Part shown: positions 20,355-30,078 of the stretch, in pieces
Layout: each line of letters opens with the position of its first letter
How positions within the stretch are numbered: position 1 is the first letter of the stretch
Origin: an uncultured Nitrososphaerales archaeon
Lineage (GTDB): Archaea; Thermoproteota; Nitrososphaeria; Nitrososphaerales; Nitrososphaeraceae
Reading direction: 5' to 3'
Assembly: GCA_963841565.1 (NCBI GenBank)
Contig: CAWJCY010000007.1
Span: 1-64,000 of the forward strand
Length of the DNA: 64,000 nucleotides
The notes under the pieces: model-generated
Told to the model about the DNA's origin: nothing
The model's input: only the letters and a program-made list of their open reading frames with translations
Databases searched by the model: none
Translations under genes and position numbers: made by a program

Positions 20355-21008
20355 CTAGAAGGATTTTTTTTTCTGCATAGACAAGTATAAAGATCTGGAT
20401 TTCTTTGACATAATGTCAGCAGTCATAAGTGGTTCCGGAAGTCTGCCTTCCTCTCTAAAGAGTCCTAAAACAAGATTTACGGAAGTTTCCAAACTTATCT
20501 TATGCCCAACACTGACATAAACGTAATTGTGTCCTTCTCTAGCAATCTTCTTCCCGCAAATATTCTGGTTAATGGATACATAGTTATCGTCTTTTTCCAT
20601 TCCATACAGTAGCTGTTTAGCTATTCCGATCGTGGGCTTGTCCACCAAAAGCCCAATAAACGATGCAAGCCCCATTCGCCGAGGATGAAGAACGCCGTGG
20701 CCGTTCACAACTAACACATCAAAGGTTGATTCAAGCTTCTTAAGAGTCGTAAAGATTGGGCCTGCTTCCCTTAGCATGAAAAAACCTGGTATATACGGAA
20801 ATTTGACGGTTGACCTAGACTCCCTTGTTTCAATGATTTCAAAAGAATTTCGGTTCATGTTAACCGCGGAACAGAATGCCATATCCATATGATACGACAC
20901 GTCTACCCCACATACTTGCCTGATTAAATAGTCAGGAGTAATATCAGTGGTTATGACCATTCTTGACAGGACTCTTTGTAATTCCGCTAGCATGCAAAGA
21001 GTGGACAT
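20355..21008 (-). CDS. nfi: Endonuclease V
   Basis: GVDVSY, FPYIPGFFMLRE, NGHGVLHPRRMGLAS, YVSVGH, RLPEPLMTAD. Confidence 0.93.
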   Translation of the reverse strand: MSTLCMLAELQRVLSRMVITTDITPDYLIRQVCGVDVSYHMDMAFCSAVNMNRNSFEIIETRESRSTVKFPYIPGFFMLREAGPIFTTLKKLESTFDVLVVNGHGVLHPRRMGLASFIGLLVDKPTIGIAKQLLYGMEKDDNYVSINQNICGKKIAREGHNYVYVSVGHKISLETSVNLVLGLFREEGRLPEPLMTADIMSKKSRSLYLSMQKKKSF

Positions 21009-21078
21009 GATATCATGGTACTAACTGCTATTTACATAAACAAGAAGACAATTTTTGAGATTTTTAATAAAGCCAATC

Positions 21079-21423
21079 CTAGAGAGGATTGGACATAACG
21101 AAGGGCGTTACATCTCCAACGATGCAATACTTTACATCAGAACAGATAATATTTGTAAGTACGTTGTGGCATGAACTCAGGTCTCCTTCACAATAAATAA
21201 GCTGATCTCCCTGTATGCCTATTGAACTGCCTCCTTTCTTCTCATTAGAGCTTGCAGGAGATTTGTCATTATTCTCTTCATGCGTCGATTTTTCATTGTA
21301 ATCCTTTTTGCCCTGGCTTTCTGTAGCGACTAGAGTAGTTGCAGAGAAGAGAACGTAAACCATCAAAGATACTGCCAATAAAGTTCGAGAGGTTGCACAT
21401 GCGCAAATGATCGGCATTTTCAT
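21079..21423 (-). CDS. Hypothetical secreted Cys-containing protein
   Basis: Signal-like hydrophobic stretch, polar linker, CEGDLSSCHNVLTNIICSDVKYC. Confidence 0.6.
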   Translation of the reverse strand: MKMPIICACATSRTLLAVSLMVYVLFSATTLVATESQGKKDYNEKSTHEENNDKSPASSNEKKGGSSIGIQGDQLIYCEGDLSSCHNVLTNIICSDVKYCIVGDVTPFVMSNPL

Positions 21424-21810
21424 AATATTAATCCCCACCGACCATGAATATTTGCAATTTCTAATAAAAGCAACTAAAATTGAATATAAGGAATCTGGAG
21501 TATTTTTGGTACTCACGACATGTATACGAATATCACTAGTTCATAAGCAGGCCATCGCATCTTAGCCCATCGGGCAAATTCGACCGCCTGATTCAACAAA
21601 GGCAAGAATCGTAACAAGCCCTACTTCTGCCCATACTTTGATTCAGAATGATACTTGTTCATTTCTCGTCTCTTGTCCCATCTTAGAGGCCTAGTTCGAC
21701 TCGTTTGGCAGCTTCTTCAATAGACACCTCCGTAAAGTCGAATTGTTCCGCTTACTTCTCTTATTTAATCAATTTTAGTAGACTTTTGTTCTCCACTATG
21801 CAACTCAACT

Positions 21811-22638
21811 ATGCTCCCTAAGAGAATGCAAAGCCTAAGGCTAGAGTTTATTGAGTTAATTATCGCGTTATTAACCGTTATCTCGCTGATTGTAATTCTA
21901 ATAGATATCTTCTTTCCTTTAAATGCTGAACAAAAGCGATTCATTTATGTTTTCGACCTCGTAGTTGTTCTTTTTCTAGCTACTGATTTCGCCTTTAGAG
22001 TGAGAAGATCAGCCAGGAAGAGTCGATACATATTGAACCATTGGTATGAGATTCCGGCAATGCTGCCGTTAGTACTCTATGCTTAGGCAGACACATCGAC
22101 GATAGCTGGTCAAGTATTCCAACAATTTAGGGTAATTGCGTTCTTCAGACTTGTTAGGCTTTATTATCTACTTACCTTGATCCATGGAAGCCGATTTGTG
22201 TTACTATCGGCTTTCTCAATCATAACGATAGTTTTCGGAGCCCTGGGAGTTTATCTTACAGAGGCCGGATATGCCGGAGCAAATATAAAAAATCTACCTG
22301 ATGCATTTTGGTGGGCAGTACAGACGGTTAGTACTGTGGGTTATGGTGACGTCTATCCTGTTACTGCAGAGGGAAGGATCATAGGGATCTTCGTCATGTT
22401 TGCAGGAATTGGAATCCTTGCCACGTTCATAACTGCACTCGGGAGCAAACTGATTGAGCTCAAATTGAATGAGCCTAAAAAGGGAAATAGAGTTGAGGTA
22501 GTAAGTGACGATCTTTCCACAAAGACCAAAGAATTGATTAAGAATCAAATAGAAAAAGTAGAGACACTTGATCAGAAGGATTTTGATGCATTAATTTCAA
22601 TGCTGACAAGCATACGGCAAAACTATAGCGTCCAATAG
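21811..22638 (+). CDS. 6TM (KvAP-like) potassium channel interrupted by an in-frame TAG at 22084-22086
   Basis: S1-S3 in the first ORF; same frame continues ADTSTIAGQVFQQFRVIAFFRLVRLYY (S4) into DAFWWAVQTVSTVGYGDVYP. Confidence 0.88.
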
Positions 22639-22842
22639 AGCGAGTGTAGTAAAGAATTGTGTTTCTATTGCCAACAGAACACATGATCCCATTCGTGCAG
22701 TTCCAAGTGTTCCCTACTACTAAGAGTCGAGTACCGCGAATTTGCTCACGTCAAAGTGCGGAGAAGATCTAGAGGAAAGCGAAGTTACATTAGTTGTAAT
22801 GACGATAGAAGACGTAATAAATAGTCTAAGAAGTATTGAGTT

Positions 22843-23100
22843 ATGTCTCCAGAAATATATGATTGGGAGGCGACTCTCCATAAGCTTGTAACATCCAGTG
22901 AGGGGGATCTGGTAGGGAATGTCGACGCCGTTGATGATACAGATGTCCTGGTATCTACCGAAGGTGCGCGAACTCACTATAGAATACTAAAGCATTTGGT
23001 TGAAGGATTCGATGGCCATTCGGTCTCACTTAAAATCCAGAAACAGGACCTAGGCAGGTTCAAGGGCGATCAAGGAGAGGGATTCGGCAAGGTAAAATAA
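22843..23100 (+). CDS. PRC-barrel-like small protein (paralog 1)
   Basis: DWEATLHKLVTSSEGDLVGNVDAV...YRILKHLVEGFDG. Confidence 0.7.
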   Translation: MSPEIYDWEATLHKLVTSSEGDLVGNVDAVDDTDVLVSTEGARTHYRILKHLVEGFDGHSVSLKIQKQDLGRFKGDQGEGFGKVK

Positions 23101-23349
23101 GACAACTTAAATTTTTGCTGAATTGTCCGTTCGTTCTGCCTACACAAGTAATGGCGTTAGATACTCAGCCCCGGTTGCAAGTTTGAAACTAATCGAGCTC
23201 ACCCTCGATCGATCATTGATTTCTTCTTGATTCAATATTCTAATAGTTAGTTAAGGAGACTTGGTCGAACGATTATTTGTTTCAATGATACTTTTTCTGC
23301 AATCCCAATTCTTAAATACTTCATTATGTACTATAGTACTGTAAAAAAC

Positions 23350-23577
23350 TTGTCTGATACTATTGTCAATTGGGAAGCAATTGTACACAAAAATGTAAGG
23401 TCCAAAGATGGCCAAGATGCCGGGAACGTAGACGCAATAATGGGAGACATAGTAGTAATCACCACCCAAGGTGACCGCCGAGAGTACAATCTACCTAAAG
23501 CTCAGGTAGAAGGATTTAACGGCGCTGAAGTGTTCTTAAAAAATACCCTTGTTGAACTTGAAACGTATCGAGTATGA
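23350..23577 (+). CDS. PRC-barrel-like small protein (paralog 2)
   Basis: NWEAIVHKNVRSKDGQDAGNVDAI...YNLPKAQVEGFNG; clearly homologous to 22843..23100; TTG start after TATA. Confidence 0.7.
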   Translation: MSDTIVNWEAIVHKNVRSKDGQDAGNVDAIMGDIVVITTQGDRREYNLPKAQVEGFNGAEVFLKNTLVELETYRV

Positions 23578-23621
23578 TGGGCGTTAACAGTCGCCGAATC
23601 TAATAACCATCACTTCTTTTT

Positions 23622-23668
23622 TTTCAGATTGTCGAAATGATCATCCGGATTGTCTAATTCATCATCAG
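23622..23668 (-). ncRNA. Candidate box C/D sRNA (also a 21-bp imperfect tandem repeat)
   Basis: Minus strand: ATGATGA-ATTAGACAAT-CCGG-ATGATCA-TTTCGACAAT-CTGA. Confidence 0.35.
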
Positions 23669-23776
23669 ATAGCGAGTGAGTGAGGGAGTATGGCATCTTA
23701 ATGGAATGACTTTCGGCATTAAACAAGCTTTGAATAGAAATGGTAAGTCTTAGGAGAATTCCGTTCAGAAATGATG

Positions 23777-23873
23777 TGGACCGGGTGGGATTCGAACCCA
23801 CGACCACCTACGTCTCCTCTACCTATTCAAAGGTATGCAAGGCAGGTATTCTACCAGACTAAACTACCGGCCC
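23777..23873 (-). tRNA. tRNA-Ala(TGC) with 23-nt anticodon-loop intron (about 23813-23835)
   Basis: GGGCCGG..CCGGTCCA acceptor stem, CCTGC-CT-TGC-A, T-loop TTCGAAT; intron with TACCT/AGGTA helix forming a BHB-like motif. Confidence 0.93.
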
Positions 23874-24353
23874 ACTGATTCATTACGCTCATAGAGGCCT
23901 GATAATTTAATCCTTTAGAAGGGGCCTGTGACTCAATTCTTGAATTAAGCTATATCCTCCCGGCCGTATCATTAAACAATAGGTTAGCCCTAACAGCCGA
24001 TACCAGCTGATTTCTAGGCTGTAGAGGCTCAAATGATAAAGAGCCTACGGTTTGATTGGTTTCATAGGGCAAACGAGCCTAGGAAAAGCCCAGGGATTAG
24101 AAAAGCCCATGAATGTTCCATGGAATCAAAGATTTGGACTGTCGATAATCCACAATTTCATCATTAAAATGGGTATTGCAACCACGATCTTAAATTACAA
24201 GTTCGGACATATCCACTGATCTGATTACCCTCACCTCACAAAAGTATTCATTCCTCCAGTACGTCCCCAATCAGTTGGCACTCTAATTGTGCTGAGGGAT
24301 TAAATCGAAAGCCTTTTAGGCTCTCGCTTCATAAACTGTTTGTAGCAATAGCT

Positions 24354-25388
24354 ATGTCTACACTTCTAACTGACCGTGTTTGGGTAATGCTTTCAGAGGT
24401 TGCTAAGAGAGGAGTATATCCATTGCATGCGTCTAGACTTGGATTGTATAGAATTCCGATTGATCTTACCAATACTGCAGAGATTACCCAGGTAGCCAGT
24501 GAAATGAAAAAATTAGGGTTTTCTGTAGATACTTATGCTGACAGGATATACATCACTTACAAATGGACTGAGGAAGAGTTCGATCAAATAGAAAAGAAGG
24601 ATTTGAAAGCTACCCTTTCCATTATGGTAGAGATTGTAACAGGAGAAGTTGTGGATATCATTTATCAGATTAAACCTCTAGAGTATTTCGGTGATCATTA
24701 CTGGATCAAGAACTACAGGGTCAAGGCCGACCAAAATGCAAAAATGATTCTAGATACTATTTTGCTCAACACCAAAATAGGAGATAAACTAATTGCTCAC
24801 TATCAAAAAGCTAACAAGTTATCCTTTGAGGAAGCAGTAAAAAAATTACAAGATCTTTCACCCCTGGCAAAAAGTCCTAAAAATAGACTAGCTAGTCCGC
24901 CCAGCGCAGAGACCCCACCGCAAATGCCTGAAGCCAGATCACCGTCTGTCTCAGGCCCTGAGCAGAAGCAGCTGGAAGCACCTCCTTCTCCACAAATGAG
25001 TGGAGCGGGAAGTGGAAATACAACCATATCGCTGACGGGCAGCGGAACAAGCTACTCCAAAGCTGAAGGTCCAATTGACCCTGATTTTAAATCAAAGCGT
25101 AGCGTTGTTGGAACATTCCAAGATATAAAGGTCTGGGGTGAAGTGGATCCTCCTGGACGATTGGGTATCTGGGGTTCAGAAGTTACAGTAGATTTTGATA
25201 TCTGTGTTGCAGATGGAGCTTGTATTGAAGCATGCCCTGTGAATGTTTATGAATGGCTTGATACTCCTGGACATCCTGCCTCTGAAAAGAAACCATTTAT
25301 GATTAGAGAAAAGGATTGTATATTCTGTATGGCATGCGAAAATGTCTGTCCTCCTCAGTGTGTAAAGATATTCAATAAAGGACAATAA
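24354..25388 (+). CDS. Unknown N-terminal domain fused via a Pro/Ser linker to a Zfx-type dicluster ferredoxin
   Basis: [12 protein letters not shown] and [12 protein letters not shown]; [32 protein letters not shown] matches the Sulfolobus zinc-ferredoxin scaffold. Confidence 0.88.
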   Translation: MSTLLTDRVWVMLSEVAKRGVYPLHASRLGLYRIPIDLTNTAEITQVASEMKKLGFSVDTYADRIYITYKWTEEEFDQIEKKDLKATLSIMVEIVTGEVVDIIYQIKPLEYFGDHYWIKNYRVKADQNAKMILDTILLNTKIGDKLIAHYQKANKLSFEEAVKKLQDLSPLAKSPKNRLASPPSAETPPQMPEARSPSVSGPEQKQLEAPPSPQMSGAGSGNTTISLTGSGTSYSKAEGPIDPDFKSKRSVVGTFQDIKVWGEVDPPGRLGIWGSEVTVDFDICVADGACIEACPVNVYEWLDTPGHPASEKKPFMIREKDCIFCMACENVCPPQCVKIFNKGQ

Positions 25389-25614
25389 GAAACACCAAAT
25401 AATTCAAAACAGGATCGAATTAATCCCTTCTGAGACCTGAAAGTATCGTTGTAAATAAACAAATATCGTCTATAAGGTGCTAAATCCTCTGCTAAATCTA
25501 GGGGCAGTATACATTAGTATTCTGTGAAGCGTGAAACAAGATAATTCTAGGTCGTATCAATTAACGCTATAGACTCAAGAGGCATGTGATTTTAATTTAG
25601 TAAATCCAGAAAAT

Positions 25615-25674
25615 GCTGGGTCAGTTACCCTAGTTCTTTCTTCATAGATCAGAGTATTCATTCATCATCCCCGC
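25615..25674 (-). ncRNA. Box C/D guide sRNA
   Basis: Minus strand: GGG-ATGATGA(C)-ATGAATACT-CTGA(D')-TCT-ATGAAGA(C')-AAGAACTAGGGTAA-CTGA(D)-CCC with terminal stem; TATA-like TATAAAA about 20 nt upstream. Confidence 0.75.
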
Positions 25675-25787
25675 TTGCTCTTTCTTCTTTTATACGATAT
25701 CCTTTAACTGTATAATTATATTAATCAAACCAATCAGATTTCATCACTCTCTCTTTTAAATATCGTTCCTAAATCAGCTTCAATGTC

Positions 25788-26454
25788 ATGTCGCTCGAGA
25801 AGTTAGTCAACACTATCGAAGCCAAAGGAACTGAGGGAATCAAAAAGGCAGAACTGCGGCGGGAATTTCAAGAAGTAGAAGAGATTGATTCAATACTCCA
25901 GGAATTAGTTAGAACTGGGGAAATATTCATTGAAAGGAAAGGGAATTCGTTCTATTGTTGGCACAAAAATTACTATCTGCAGAAATTATTGAGCACGGAT
26001 CAAAAATTTTCGCTCTTATACACCTTGATAAATTCCATGCAGGATTCATTGAATACCAAATTCGATTCGCTTGATGCGAGCTTGGATGCCGTTACCAAAC
26101 AAGTGAGAATGATAACAGATGAGATAAAGGTCCTCAGCTAGTTCTGAACAGAGATATACTGGTCAAAATGATCTAATTCCTCAAGAACAAACTAAGCCAA
26201 TCGGGATCAACTATGACAAGTTCAAAGAACAACTAGATCAAGCGTTAGCAGGCGTTTCAAGTTCGATTGGGTGGGTGGAATTGTGTAACTTGCGAAAAAA
26301 TCTTTGTCTAAAGATGAATATTTCCCGAGAGCAATTTTACCGCTCATTTGAAGAAGTAGTTTCCAACAACTATGACAAATACGAGCTCTCCACAGGTGGC
26401 GAAGAAGGAATACAATTAAGGGGAATGGTACACGGATTCGTGAGGTGCATATAA
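25788..26454 (+). CDS. Winged-helix/coiled-coil/winged-helix protein (+1 frameshift near 26130)
   Basis: N-term GIKKAELRREF..ILQELVRTGEIFIERKG; corrected frame continues ..IGWVELCNLRKNLCLKMNISREQFYRSFEEV..YELSTGGEEGIQLRGMVHGFVRCI* ending 1 nt before the ATPase ATG. Confidence 0.7.
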
Positions 26455-26455
26455 G

Positions 26456-28121
26456 ATGTATCCATACGGCTTGACGGCTAATCCATATCACAGTAGCCCG
26501 ACTCCAAGATTTTCAGACTCAACGATTTTAGGTGGAGAACGACATAAGGAAGCAAAAAATGCAATCCTTTCATGTATGCATGATGTATGCTCCAAAATGG
26601 CTCTTTCAGAGAAAGATCTTCGTGTTGTCACAATAATTCAAGATGTTGGATCTGGCAAGACTCACCTTGCACTTCATATGCAGACGGTTGAAGAGATGTC
26701 TGCAAAGTCTGTAATTTCATATGTTGACTTTTCACAAATATCACCTAGAAGTAAGACCGTTATACTCAATTCCATCCTGGATGGATTCAGGGAAGAAGAT
26801 TTGGATTCGTTACGCTCAACATTGATCGGGCTGATCATGGCTTCACGACATGACAGAGAAAAGGCAAAACTTGTCAAGAGATTATTCAAGCATGGTCTGC
26901 TTTCGGAGATCAAAGGAGAATCACTTGAAGACAAGATCGGATTCTTACTCCAAAGAAGAATCAAGATCAGAGACGAAGCTACACTAAATGAACTCTTAGG
27001 GAAAAATTTCACCGATTTAGAGAAAAAACTAATCTATTACGTACTTAACGACGAGATGAAAGATTGGGCTAGCACGATTGTCTCACTAGGTGAAATGTTG
27101 GAGTTTCTCACATCTATAATAAGTCTAAATCAAAAGCTCCTAAACAAGTTGACTATATTTGAATTCGATGAATTTGATTCAGAGGGTGATTCAATGGAGT
27201 TCATCAAGGCCATTATTAACTATATACTCCCCTCAAGCATGATTCTGCTAATCATGACACCTGCATCATACGACGAAATAAGGAAAAAGAATCTCTCTTT
27301 GTATGACAGATTGGAGAAAGCAAATTACAAGATCGATCTTGCAGGTTCCAACACATTTAGCGAGATAAATGATATCGTTCTTGAATATATGCGATCTGGC
27401 AATACTACAGGTGAGTTTACCCAAGAATCAGAGCTTGATTTGTCAAGCAAGATCAAAATTATCCATGATGAATTTCCGGATTTCAGAAACGTTCGTTCGA
27501 TGATAAATATCCTTTACCATGCAACTGAATTGGCTGCCAAATGTGGTGCGGCAATCATCGACGAACATGTGCTAGAAGAAACAATTAGAACAGCGTTTCC
27601 TGGATTGAGGATCAAAGGCGAGCATAATGTCAGTTCCTGTCTCAGACTTTATGAAGATTAGAAGAATGTCCAAAGACAAGGACATTCATGAACTGGAAGC
27701 TAGGGTTAAGAACGCAGTGCAAGATCTAGTTCAATGCACGGAAGGAGAGAGTTCTTTAAGTCCTCCTGATCTGTTTGAAGGTGCGGCAGCAGAGTTAGTA
27801 GATGTCTTGTATCGCGATTCTCAAGGGGATAAGGTTGCTGTTTCTGTTGCTCTGGATAAGGAGAGATCTTTTAAGATTAACCAAGGCATTACGAAATCCC
27901 AATTTTCAGCAGATGTTAATAGGGTCCTGATTCTATCTGATAGGTCAGGCCAATTTAGTGTACACGAAAAAGAAGTTGGACCTCAGGTGAAGAATGTCAA
28001 TATGGACGATTCAAAGCTGATTGATTTGATTTATTTTAGTTCAAAATACAGAAATAGTCAGATATCTGATGAGGATCTCAAACGAGCATCTATGCTCGCA
28101 AAATCTATAGAGCTTCCTTAG
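26456..28121 (+). CDS. AAA+/P-loop ATPase with C-terminal alpha/beta domain (probable +1 frameshift near 27620)
   Basis: NPY N-terminal motif, Walker A variant QDVGSGKTH, Walker B IFEFDEFD, LYDRL, RNVRSMIN; removing one base gives ..RIKGSIMSVPVSDF joining ORF 27627..28121. Confidence 0.75.
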
Positions 28122-28162
28122 CCGCAGCGCTTTGCCAACCAATTAATATTAATATTTGAAAT

Positions 28163-28504
28163 TTGTCATGTATGAGGTGCCCGCGTGAAGGCATTAGAAC
28201 TCTTTTATGTGGGTACTGCTTACATGCTGTGTTGAAAGAAGGAAATTTTGGTGAGTGGCCGGGTCAAGATAACGTCGAAGACTACGAACTTGACGGATCA
28301 ATCGCCTGTAACGTCTGTGGTAAGGATGCGGATTTCGTAGTTCAACTTGAACTAGTATGGGATAGAAGCAACTATAGCCTAATGAATTCGCTTAACCAGA
28401 TGCCCTTCTATCTTTGCAAAGCGCATGAGTATATTTACGAGCGAATGCAAAATAATATTGAACTAACAGAATACTTCCGAGAAACAGTAAATGCAAACCG
28501 TTAA
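28163..28504 (+). CDS. Cys-rich zinc-binding hypothetical protein
   Basis: CMRC, CGYC, CNVC, CKAH. Confidence 0.7.
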   Translation: MSCMRCPREGIRTLLCGYCLHAVLKEGNFGEWPGQDNVEDYELDGSIACNVCGKDADFVVQLELVWDRSNYSLMNSLNQMPFYLCKAHEYIYERMQNNIELTEYFRETVNANR

Positions 28505-28542
28505 TGATTGTTGCAATCAAAGTGCTCGCTACTCTCTTTCTC

Positions 28543-28989
28543 ATGAGCAACAAGAAAAAATATTCCAGTTACGATGATTTCTATAGGAATCTCCATACTA
28601 GCGGGGCTTCAATTATCGAGTTCAATAATGGTAGCGTACCTTGCATTTGCGTGGAGAATGAACAGTTCAAGAAATTTGTGAACTATGCTGCTGGCCGGAA
28701 AATGGCTGTAGATACGAATCTGGATATATATCATAATGAAAAGGATGTTTTTGTTCAAATTAATATGAACATATTAGACACGGACTTTGAGGATTCTTTT
28801 TTATTTCATGCGAACGAAATGGTTGCTTTTTTCAAGGCTATGTTAGATAGCGCGTTGATTGTACTGTCGCCGACTGATCCATCTTTAATGTCTGAAAATA
28901 TTTTCGCAATACAGTTACCGAAAAAGGAAAGTTTGGAAGAAGCATTTCGTATAATTTCGAAATATACAAACAAAACAGGCTTTGAATAG
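28543..28989 (+). CDS. Hypothetical protein
   Basis: Open frame of about 148 aa from MSNKKK, closely following the previous ORF. Confidence 0.7.
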   Translation: MSNKKKYSSYDDFYRNLHTSGASIIEFNNGSVPCICVENEQFKKFVNYAAGRKMAVDTNLDIYHNEKDVFVQINMNILDTDFEDSFLFHANEMVAFFKAMLDSALIVLSPTDPSLMSENIFAIQLPKKESLEEAFRIISKYTNKTGFE

Positions 28990-29048
28990 GAATAAATTAA
29001 TGAATCAACTCAACTTAGATCAGCTCAGCTACCGCAAATAACCAGACA

Positions 29049-29123
29049 TGCGACGGCCGGGATTTGAACCCGGGTTACCAGATTGGCAATCTGATGTCCT
29101 AGACCAAACTGGACGACCGTCGC
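29049..29123 (-). tRNA. tRNA-Gly(GCC)
   Basis: GCGACGG..CCGTCGCA; anticodon arm TCAGA-TT-GCC-AA-TCTGG; T-loop TTCAAAT. Confidence 0.96.
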
Positions 29124-29364
29124 ATCTTACGAGATTTATGAGAGACTATTTAACAACCTTTCGGTGCCTTGAAATCGAAAAATGTACTGAGCAATACTCA
29201 TTCAATTTTTTACGTGTAAAAATGCGTGAACTATAAATGAAGGGTGAACCATAGAACGCTTAGAAGAATTTCTAGATTAGTACAACGGGTCACTCCAGGC
29301 TGTTCAACCAAAAGAGAATTTCTTTTATTATCTCAGCTAAGCACCAAGAGTTGAGAGTATGTGG

Positions 29365-30012
29365 CTAACTCATTAGAAGTAGCGTCGTGTATCCTCTTTT
29401 CTCGCTCACATACGAATCTTGAATCTCTTCAACTACAACGGTAGTGGAAATGAGGTCGCCACTCTTGCAGAGCGTCGTTTCCAACACTATCATGTCTTTA
29501 AGAATGTCTGCGCCCGCGAAACTCTCATTACTAGCAGTGTACTTTACTTCATTTTCTGAACTAATCAGGAAAACCTGACCCTTTTGATAGTTGCCTATTC
29601 TAATCATTCTTCCTTGTCTTGGCACCGCAGTAACGGTCAAGGCAATTTTTTTTTGTGGCTGCTGTTTTATAAAGCGCCTTGCAGATCCCACAGTAATCTC
29701 ATAATCAAACGGGTATCCGGCAGTATATTCGGCCATCTTGTTTATGCCATCATTCATGATGATATCGACTTTCTTTATATTGAGACCGTATTTGAAAATC
29801 CAGTCGGATGTAGTCATTGCAACCGAATCGATCCGTTCCTTCCGTTCAGTAGATTCTGTGGTGCTGAGTTGATATCTATCAACCCAGTCCTTGTAATCAT
29901 TACTAATGTCATTTATGAAATCTGCGCAAGTTGACTGATAATCTTGGACGCTGGAGGCTCGTTCAGAAGCTGTGTCTCTAAATACCAAGGCTTGTAATCG
30001 AATATATATCAA
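29365..30012 (-). CDS. Hypothetical protein
   Basis: 215 aa open frame, no recognised motif. Confidence 0.6.
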   Translation of the reverse strand: MIYIRLQALVFRDTASERASSVQDYQSTCADFINDISNDYKDWVDRYQLSTTESTERKERIDSVAMTTSDWIFKYGLNIKKVDIIMNDGINKMAEYTAGYPFDYEITVGSARRFIKQQPQKKIALTVTAVPRQGRMIRIGNYQKGQVFLISSENEVKYTASNESFAGADILKDMIVLETTLCKSGDLISTTVVVEEIQDSYVSEKRGYTTLLLMS

Positions 30013-30078
30013 GTTGGCATCTCAATATTAAGATGAATCTTACTAAATCATGACAATGACGTTGGAGGGATTGTTGTT

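Noticed and set aside
23610-23807. 65-aa minus-strand ORF
   Set aside because: Starts inside tRNA-Ala; a shadow frame
24083-24109. Direct repeat GAAAAGCCCA x2
   Set aside because: Only two 10-bp copies, far from a start codon; cannot be distinguished from chance
27627-28121. Separate gene downstream of the ATPase
   Set aside because: 35-nt overlap and a one-base fix give a continuous frame, matching the window-wide +1 error pattern; not fully excluded
23777-29123. tRNA-bounded genomic island or provirus
   Set aside because: No integrase, no duplicated tRNA 3' end, no compositional shift evident by eye
29048-29236. 62-aa plus-strand ORF
   Set aside because: Antisense translation of tRNA-Gly
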